Shown: piece after piece, positions 28,185 through 38,100 of the stretch
Position numbering within the stretch: the first letter of the stretch is position 1
Layout: every line of letters begins with the position of its first letter
DNA from: a virus
Lineage: Duplodnaviria > Caudoviricetes
Direction: 5' to 3' (one strand)
Length of the DNA: 64,000 bases
Virus record (IMG/VR): IMGVR_UViG_3300032030_000030
Span: 1 to 64,000 of that record
The notes under the pieces: generated by a model
Seen by the model: the letters and a program-made list of their open reading frames with translations, nothing else
Database searches by the model: none
Told to the model about the DNA's origin: nothing
Translations under genes and position numbers: made by a program

Positions 28185-29021
28185 ATGCAATTCACAAAAC
28201 AACAGGTCAATCTTTGGCCAGTTCAATTCCTTACGAAGGATGCGAACAAATACATCGCAGCCGCTGCAAGAACTTGCTACAAAAGTGAGCCAACGAATAT
28301 GTCGGAGCAAACGGACACTGAGTTCGTTGAGCGACTAATACGAAGCAAACACCTTGCTATGCTTGAACATGGTACGGTGGTTCTCTACGGTAAGCGTTAC
28401 AAACTTACCACACCAATTGTCGAAAAGTACATGATGAATCCCTTCAGCAAGGTAATCGGTACTACCGACGGTCATTACATCATAGTAACCAACAGAAGGG
28501 TTATCTACGAGAATGGATGGGAACAGGACGTTGTAAACTTCGGAGTCAATTCTGATGCAATTAACAACGTCTACACCTCTATTCTTTTGGAAGATGCTCC
28601 TTTGAGAAGGACATTCTCTGTAACGACAACCCTTCAAGTTGCAATGCAACTCATCAGGCATAGATTGCTTTCGTATGCAATGGAGTCCACCAGATGGTGC
28701 AACTACTCCAAAGACAAGTTTGGTAATCAACTCACATTCATAATGCCTGACGTTAAAGGCAAGATTGCCAGATTCTTTGTAAAGGCATATCTGAAATTCT
28801 GCGAAAAACTGTATATGTTCCTTGTCAAGAGGAATAAGGCAGAAATCGCAGCCACTATCTTGCCGAAATGTCTTGCAACAAATCTCGTCCTGACAGGATT
28901 CGTAGACGACTTTAAAGATTTCTTTTCTAAGAGGGCGTCAGAAGAAACAGGTCGGGTGCTTCCTCTGATGAAGGAACTCGCATCTAAGATGCAGGACCTT
29001 CTGACAACAGTTAACGAATAA
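28185..29021 (+). CDS. thyX: FAD-dependent thymidylate synthase
   Basis: ARTCYKS, HLAMLEHG, QLIRHRLLSYAMESTRWCNY. Confidence 0.92.
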   Translation: MQFTKQQVNLWPVQFLTKDANKYIAAAARTCYKSEPTNMSEQTDTEFVERLIRSKHLAMLEHGTVVLYGKRYKLTTPIVEKYMMNPFSKVIGTTDGHYIIVTNRRVIYENGWEQDVVNFGVNSDAINNVYTSILLEDAPLRRTFSVTTTLQVAMQLIRHRLLSYAMESTRWCNYSKDKFGNQLTFIMPDVKGKIARFFVKAYLKFCEKLYMFLVKRNKAEIAATILPKCLATNLVLTGFVDDFKDFFSKRASEETGRVLPLMKELASKMQDLLTTVNE

Positions 29022-29058
29022 TAGGTGAATGTTTTTTGTTAATATGTTTTTTGTTTTG

Positions 29059-29088
29059 TAGCAAGGGTAACACCTTGCTATTTTTTTT
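29059..29088 (+). terminator. intrinsic terminator
   Basis: TAGCAAGG...CCTTGCTA plus T8. Confidence 0.8.
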
Positions 29089-29094
29089 ATGTAG

Positions 29095-29125
29095 TTTGCG
29101 CAGTAATCATCTTGATTTACTTTTG
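29095..29125 (+). promoter_or_regulatory. Bacteroidetes sigma promoter for RNAP gene
   Basis: TTTG-N19-TACTTTTG. Confidence 0.75.
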
Positions 29126-29154
29126 CGCAGTAATAAAAATTAAAACTTGAAGAT

Positions 29155-32100
29155 ATGAGCAGTTGTAGCATACCAAATAGAGCAGTTAGGTCTATTGCAG
29201 ATATGACTGGAAAACATCCAGAGGAAGTAAATGCTATATGTGATATCATTAACGACATGATAGGTGACAACGCCGATGTTGCAATTGGTATTACAGATAT
29301 AAGCGATTTGAAGGCAGTTGTTGAAGGAGTGAACAATATGTTCATGGATAAGGATATTGCCTCAGCAAATGCTATAAAAAAGGCTATTTCCGATGAAATT
29401 TCAAAGCATAAAGATATAAACCCAATAAAAATTATATCAGCAGCAATAGAGCAAGATGCCCGTGCAAAATATTTGAAAGAAACGGCTAAGTTTTCTTTCA
29501 TAGACTCACATAACAATAGGGAAGACGAGTCTAATTGGAGTGAATCAGAAAACGTTGAAACATTTATCAACGGATTCCTTGATGGCAAAAGAGATGGCAA
29601 CTTGCTTGATTTTATAAGGAACATTGCTGGATTCAACGAAATACATTCCAATAATGGAATGTACGATAGCGTTATATCGCTGCTTGAAAAAATCAACAAT
29701 GGAACAGGCGTTAAGATTGCATTCCGTAGAAGAGATGAAAATGCACCTTTCGCTATGAAAAGGGGCAGGAAAGGCTATTATAACCCTACCACAAAGACAA
29801 TATACATCAACCAGGATTTCGACTTTAAGAACGGAGTAAATGCAAACGGCTATCGTTATTCACAACTCGTAGAAACGATATTCCACGAGGCTGTACACGC
29901 AATAACAAGCAATCTCTTGCAAAACAAAGAGACAAAAGCCAAAGGCGAAGCATTGCTTTCCAAGATAAAGGAGATTGCTGCTGAGAATGGTATTTCGACA
30001 GAAGACTATGGCTTCAAGGACATAGATGAGGCTTTGTCAGAATTGATGACAAACTCGTTCTATGACAAGTTAAATAGCATAAAAATACCCGTTGAGAACA
30101 AACTTAACTTCATCCAGAGGGTTAAGAACGCAATATTGGGCTTCTTTGCCAATGCATTTGGCATTAGTATGGCGAATAAAACTTCTGGGTCGAACCAAAG
30201 GCTTTGGGATTTTTTCAGGGAGATAGTTGATACAGAAGGAAACTTCGGAGATGTATCATCCGTAGCACCATTAAGAAACTATTATCAAGAGGAATCCAAC
30301 ATAACAAGCATAGAAAAGGCAGAGAATATCATCGAAGGATGGGAGGCTTATACAAAAGAACATATTACATTTGATAGTGACAAACACGAGTATTATATTG
30401 ATGGTACAAAAGTAGATACAAGTGTAACGCAGTACGAGAATGTGTTGTTTGGAGAACCTCAAATCAAAGGCAACTATGACTTTGCTTCTATTATAGGCAC
30501 GGCTGTTGATGAACTCACAAGAGATTTCTATGACAAAGGAGAAGACTATGTAAGGAAGACTACTTATCCAAATATTTCAGAAGAACACAAGGAAGCCCTT
30601 ATGTCGGATTTTAAGGCATTAAAGGGCTATATGGACGGAAGATTCCCAAATGGATATAAAGTAATAACAAAGGAATTTCCTCTTGCCGCAAGGGTTACAG
30701 ACAGCAATGGCACCAAGACAATGGCAGGCACTATGGATATGCTTGTTATTGAGTCGGACGGTACAGCACATATCTTTGATATGAAAGCCAAAAACCGTAA
30801 AGGCTTTGCATTTAATGATGGCGGCAAATATACGTATCAATTAAATACGTATAAGCAAATCTTAGAGGACGTACTTGGCTTTAAAGGCAAGGTTGGGTCT
30901 TTGCAACTTATATGGTTTGCTCAGAATTACCCATCTCCCGAGAAAATCAAGTATAAGATAGATGATAAGAAAACCATCTACGTAACAGAGGACGTAAACC
31001 TAAGTGAAGACAAACAAAAATGGATTCCAATGTCTGAGTATACAGGCTGGACAAAACCATCACTTACAGCAGATAACAAGAGAATCGGTGAATCCATAAA
31101 GGTTCTTCCAGTAGAGCCTCATTTTGACAAAGTTGAACCAATAAATGATTCTTGGCAGGATTATGTGAAGGATAAATCAGAACTGGCATCTACAACGGTT
31201 GATTTGTCAACAGACAAAGACACCTTGCTTGCAAATACTCAAAATGTAAAGACCAAGGGTCTTGTTTCAGCTATTGACGAGACGCATCCAGACACAGTAG
31301 GTCCATACTATATGACAGTTGATGCAAAGAATGGATATGTACTAAGATTCGACAGCGACGGTATATACGAACATACAGAGGCTACAAGACCTAAGAATCA
31401 CGACCAGAATACATATCTGTACAAATTGACATATGATGCTGATGGACACATCGTACATACAAGGTTGTCAGACAAGGAATTTAAAGCAATTCAACCATCT
31501 ATTCAGAATGGCATTGATAGCGCGTTGGAGAAAATCAAAAACAGCAAACCTTCTAACATTGCAACCAACGACGAAGAAGTGCAATCAGCATATAATGCAT
31601 TATCAGCCGCTATTGCAGGATATAATAATTCTACAAAGGTAGTATATGTAAGTTCAGATGCGGAGAATACAAAAACTTACAAGGTATCAAGCGAGTCTAA
31701 TAAAAGCAAGGAACTGAAAGAGCAACTGACAGCTATTGCCAAGAATGGAAAGGCTGAAAAAGATGTTGCCCTAACATTACCAGTAGCCGATTTTAAAGGC
31801 ATAAAGGTATTTGACAAAATATACTTTGAATCACGTAACGGCATGATTGTTACCTTCCAGGCTATGGCAGACGGACAATATACTCTTGACGGCAACATAA
31901 CTGTCGTTGGTAATGTTGATGTCATTGCAACAAATAACTTTGACATTGCAAATGCGAAGTTTTTTGAAGATGTAACATCAGAGAAGATAACAAAACAAGT
32001 TAAGGAAGAGACGTTTATTTCAAAGATAAACAATGTCAAGAACAAACTTGGTCCAAAGGTATATGAAGACCGTAGAAGACTGGTTTCTGACGATTTCGCC

Positions 32101-35100
32101 GCACTTGTTACATCGACAGGTGTTTCCAGCCTCAAGGAAGACATGATGAAGGATTTGGAATCACGCAAGAGCGAGATGAATCCTTATGATGTACAATCAG
32201 AACTTGCATACATTGACACGATAGGAACAACCGACGCTCTTAATACGTTCGGCAAAGCACATTTCTTTAACGAACTCAAAAGCGAATACGAAAGAAGAAT
32301 AAATGTGCTTAACAATATTGCCAATGGTAACCTGTTCCTTAACAATGGCGAGATAGACGAAAATGCTTATAAAGGCATATATTCCTTACTACGTCCTGTA
32401 AAATCGAAAGGTGTCTACAAGCATACGGAAACACAAAAGAACTACGCAAAGAAGATGGCTGCAAAATATGAAGCCTTGATTGCACAGGATGTATGGGATG
32501 TAATCACCCAGGATTCAATAGAACAAATATCCGAGAAACTCGGTGTGAAGATGAGTCTCAGAGAGGATACGGCAACTAAAATAAACAAGGATGAAATGAA
32601 AGATGCAGAAGAAGAAGCATCCGACCTTGGAAAGCCATCGACTGATATGGAAGAAAAAACTGTTGAGTCATGGCAAGAAGAACAGTCTGCCAAGGGCAAG
32701 CACTCTTCTCTTACAGTCGAACTCAAACACGAATTGTCAAACATACAAGAATATGACGACAATGGCAAACCTAAAGTAGATGACCTTGGTAATCCTATAT
32801 ATATGGACGAAGAGGTTGCATTTGCATTTTTGCAGAGCAGACTTGGACAATGCCTTACTATGGATGAGATGCAAAACGAGTTCGAGGATATGATTCTTTC
32901 AAGGAAACAATATACTGGTCTGTTCGACAAAATCAAGAAAGATGAAAATAACAGATGTAAAAACCCGAACCTCAGAGCGGCGTTTTACAGGGCTATGAAA
33001 ACTCAGTACAAGAACATATTTGCCACTAAGCAAGGAAAGGAACAGCGCAGGGTTGGAGATGGCGTTGAATACGTAGACTCGGTTGTAACGTTCCAGATAA
33101 ACAAAGTCATTGCCTATAGGTATATGACTGATTCTGCCATGTCCAACATCGAAAACGGCGACATCCTCAATACTGATTCTTCTATATATGACAAGGACTT
33201 GAAAGTCAAGAAGAAGAACGTAGAATCAGCAATAGAACGTCTTAAAGGAGTAATTGACAGAGTATTAGAGAATGCTTATGGTGTTGATTTAAAGCAGAGT
33301 ACAAGTGCTTTCTGGGCAAAAATAAGCAATTACAGCAGGGAGAATGTCCTTGACGTAATTAACGGAAAGGAAACAATCAAAGTATATGGCAAAGGTAAAA
33401 ACAAGAACACGTTTACAGAGGTGAACGTGGAAGACGAACCGTTCCTTAAAGAAGTTGCAAACATTTACAATGTTGCATACGACACTGTAACTGGTCTTGG
33501 ATTCGAGATAACAAAGAACGATGTACTTGACCTTATCTATACGAAGAAGAATAAATTATTCGGTGACGAAGGTCTTTTTACTATCCTTCTTAATATGCTC
33601 GAAGATAAGTCTTTGTTCAATACAACATCATCTGGCTCTATCAAGATGCCTATGAACAACGAAGACTTCAAAAGGAATATGATTGCAATCGCAAAGACTA
33701 TGAATGCGATAGGCAAAAATGCGATTGAGAAGAGTACAAGGGAAAATGGCAAGGTTGTTATGTCAACAACAAACACTTCCTATGAATCAGAAATGAAAGA
33801 CAACATCAAACAAGATGACGACGAAAAAGCATTGGCTTATATTAACGAAGAGTTCAATCAATACTCTTGGTTTAATATGAAAGGAAATGAAGAGAAACTT
33901 AGGAAGATGGCTCAAAATACGTTTGAGCATTCGTTCACACCAAGACAAAAGACTTTGCTTGGAACAGCATACAGAAATCTATTCTCAGGATTCAAGGATG
34001 CCAATAATCCTTCAAAAAGAATTGCGAAGCCTGGTGAGTTGCTTAATAACCTTAAGGAATTTGTAAGAGTGTATAATCTATGCTGCGAACAATATGCAAG
34101 CGACGGATTTAACAAGGGCGAACTTGAAACCATTATGGGTGGAAGGGTTCCTGCTGTATATACCGAAGACAAGAAATTAAATGCGTTGTTGCGAGAGTTT
34201 GAGAAAAACTCGACATATCGCAAAGGTTTTGATTTGTACACACTCAATCACTTTAACGGCAAGGAATACGATGACTGGTCTTTGGCTGAGTATGCGAGTG
34301 TTATGATGATGAATTACTACAAGGAACGATATACTCTTAAAGATGGATGGACAAAAAATCAATATATAAGCATTGCAAATCCTGTATTGTCAGATTCTCC
34401 TGCTGCTGAGTTCTGGAGAATTAAAAGACGAACAAAAGATGATGTCAATAATCTTGGATTCACACTAACCCAAGAGCAAAAAGATGAATACGCTGCACTT
34501 GTATATGGTACAAAGGCAGATGGAAAGCCTTACAGGTTTGCCGACCTTACTGAAAATCAGGGTGGAAGTCTTGTTGCAATGCTTGAAATGACAAACATTG
34601 TTCAACAGGAGATAAACCGTATTGGCAATGTGCTTCAAAGAGATGCTATGCGCACAAAAGCCAAGGAACAATACAAGAAAGGCAACGGCGCACTTCAGAA
34701 GGCGGAGAAGGAACGCTTCGAGGCTGAGATGACTGAATATATGCGCCTCAAGAAAAGTATAGAGGAAAGTTCGCTCTCTCCAGAGGAAAAAGCAAATGAA
34801 CTTGCAGCCATTGAAGAAGCAAGAAAACCACAGCCTATGAAAGTGTACAAGTCTGTAAAAGAAGAAGTTGACGAAAACGGCAATCTTTTATGGACTGAAC
34901 CAGATGCTTATTATGACATAACAAGAAAGAGTGATGGTAGCATCAAGAATATCGGCGGTGCTGAGTTTAAGTTCTTCCCTGCGTTGAACGACGTAAAGAT
35001 TACCGTTGGAGATACGCAGATGAGTTTCTTAAAGTACATAACTGATTTAATCAGCAGCGACGGTAATATCGACCTTAGCAATCCAACAGAAGGAAAACCT

Positions 35101-38100
35101 GACATCAGGGACGTAGTATTCAGGGAGATTGTCAAGATACAGAAAAGTGGATTCGAGGAGGCTTATTCAAAATGGATTCAAAACGGTGTGTTTGATACTG
35201 AGTTTGATTACAAGACAAAGACTACAAATTTCAAACATTTTGAAGCCAACGTTCCATTCCAAACAAAGGCTGATGAAATCGACGCAAAATACTTGAAAGA
35301 GTCTGGCAATTCAAGTATACTTATGCAGACATACAATCGTACACTCAAAGATGAAAAAGGCAACAAACTTCAAGGTGATGCACTTGCAAAAGCCATAAAC
35401 GACAACATTGACTTGTTTAAGAGCAATTCACACACTGATGAGGAGTTTGAAAAATTGTTTGAATCAGCGAAGAAAGACGCACTTGCTACTAATGGTTCAT
35501 TCAACAAGTTGTACAACTTAATGAAGGAACATTTCAAGGAGATTGCAGACAAGGAAAAGAGCGAAAACGTAAACCAACTTTCCGATGCTACAAAAGAGAT
35601 TCTTATGGAATATTACAATCAGTCTTGTCTTGGCACTGCCCTTATAGAGGAGTTGACCATTACAGACCTTGCATACTATAAGAATCCAAACGACTTCCAA
35701 AAACGTTACAAAGAAGTTTATGCTCCGTCAGAAAGGCTTTGTACTGATGTACCATTTGGCAAGGAGATTGAAACGTCACTGTATATCAAAGACGTTGAAA
35801 TGGCATCTCCTGATGAAATGATTGAAAACATCAAGAAGATATTGAAAGCCGCTGGTATGAAGGCATCTGAAATAAATGACATTGCCAGCAGTTTCAAAAG
35901 GAATAATGTTGTAGATGCGCAGGCATACAGAAGTCCAAAGGCTTACAGGGCTGTAAAGGCAATGGCTGGCGATTTAAGCATTGAAGAAAAGGTTGTTCTG
36001 TCAAGAATAATCGGAGACCTCGATTATGTCGTAGCAAACGTCCTTACTGAGGAAGAATTGGAAGAATGTAAAGAAAAAGGCATCTCTCTCGAAAGTTACC
36101 CAAAAATAACAAAAGACTCTTCCGAAGCAGACAGGAAGAAGTTTAAGGACATGATTGCAAAGGATTCTATGCACGTATTCCAGACCATCAAACCGTTCAC
36201 ATATGCACAAATTGGCATGGATAGCGGCGTTGAATCGTATGGTAATATAAAAATAGGAACACAGCATAAAAACTCCGAATTTGCCTTATTTTGGGCTACT
36301 GAGATAGGAAGACACTATGCTGACATTCTTGGTCTTGCCGAGGATAACAATATCAAGAAACTTGTATCTCTTGGTGAGTTCATGGATGAACACGACATTG
36401 ATTTAGTTCAGTTCCATTCTGCTGTCAAGGTAGGATGTTACGGTGTTGTTGACACGGAAGGTTATCAGGAAGGAGACGACTTCAAGAAATATCTTGAAAG
36501 GCAGGTGTATAAATATGACGAAAGTACAGGTTTTGTAGATTACAAGCAGGAATTGCCTGGTATAATCAAGCGAATCCCGTACAAGAATTACGGAATACAG
36601 GCTTCTACGCCCGAACACTTGATTGACATAGAACAATTGGTCGGTTCACAGATTAGAAGGCTTATTTTGGCTGATAACAACGCAAAAACTCCATTCTACA
36701 TAAACGGCAAGGAATACACAAGGCAACAGCTTATTGACCATTACAATGCTCTCATAACAGAGAACATCATCGAATCATTGTCTGACCTTGACGAAATGTT
36801 TTCATCACCTGAGAACATCGAGGAGCTGTTACTCAAAGAAATGCAAGGTAACAGCCAATATACATCTGATATGATGAAGGCGGCAAGACTTGTAACTCTT
36901 GAAGATGGCAGAAAGGTATTCCCACTTCTTTGCGACCCTGTCGTATCAAAGAAGATTGAGGCATTGCTTAACTCCATAATTAAGAACAGGATAACAAAGC
37001 AAAAAATCAAAGGTGGTGCTTGTATTCAGGTATCTTGTTTTGGATGCGAGGATTTAAAGGTAACGTGGTCTGAACCTGACGAGAACGGAGTAAGACATCC
37101 ATTGGAGATGGAATGTTATATGGGCGCATACTCAAAAGACTTGTTTGAGCCTGCAATGGACAAAAACGGCATCCTTGACTTGAATGTCCTCAAAAACAAT
37201 GTTGACAAAAAGACATTTGATGCGATTACTCACGCCATCGGCTATCGTGTGCCTACTGAGGACAAGTATTCTATGGCAAGATTAAAAATCAAAGGTTTTC
37301 TGCCACCGATAAACGGCTCTGCCATAATGCTTCCAAAGGAAATCACCACATTGTCTGGTTCTGACTTCGACGTTGACAAGATGTATCTTATGCTTCATGA
37401 GTTTAAGAAGACAAAGAGGGCAAGATTCAAGAACCTTGGCGGCACTACAGCATTTGTAAATAAAATCAACAGCTTGTTTGCCGACAAGGAAGCACTTGCC
37501 TTTATGAAGGAGAACGGTCTTGCAAAAGGAATGGAGATTGATGACGTAATAAAGTTATTCGACACTATTGGCAAGTCAATAGAAGAATACAGACAAACAG
37601 AACAGCAGAAAGGTAGCAGGTTGAGTGAATGGATAAAAAAGAAGAATGGCAAAGACGCCTTTACTAAGTTTATGAACTATTCAAGCGACATAATGACTTG
37701 GGCTAAGAAAAACAGTGAGAAGGTAAAGAATGGCAAAGTAAATGCAATTGCAAAAGAACTTTCTGACTTTATAGACAAGTCGTCGGGAATAGAAGTTGTA
37801 AACACGGTCAAGGTGATAAATTATCGTAATACAAAAGAAGAGTTCAATGGCGAAGACGCACTTGAACAGAAGCTGTATTACGCCAAGGAAGCAAGAGAGA
37901 ACAACAGGGCTGCAAGGAATAATGAAATAATAGATGTTATGCAAGGCATAATGTCTCACCCAGATACTGCATCGAAGTTCTTAAATCCTGGCTCATTTGA
38001 CATACAGAAGAAAACTGCACGTATGATAGAAATCATTACAGGTAATGATGAAGAGACATTGAAAACTACATTCAATGTCAACAACATTAACAAACTGTAT

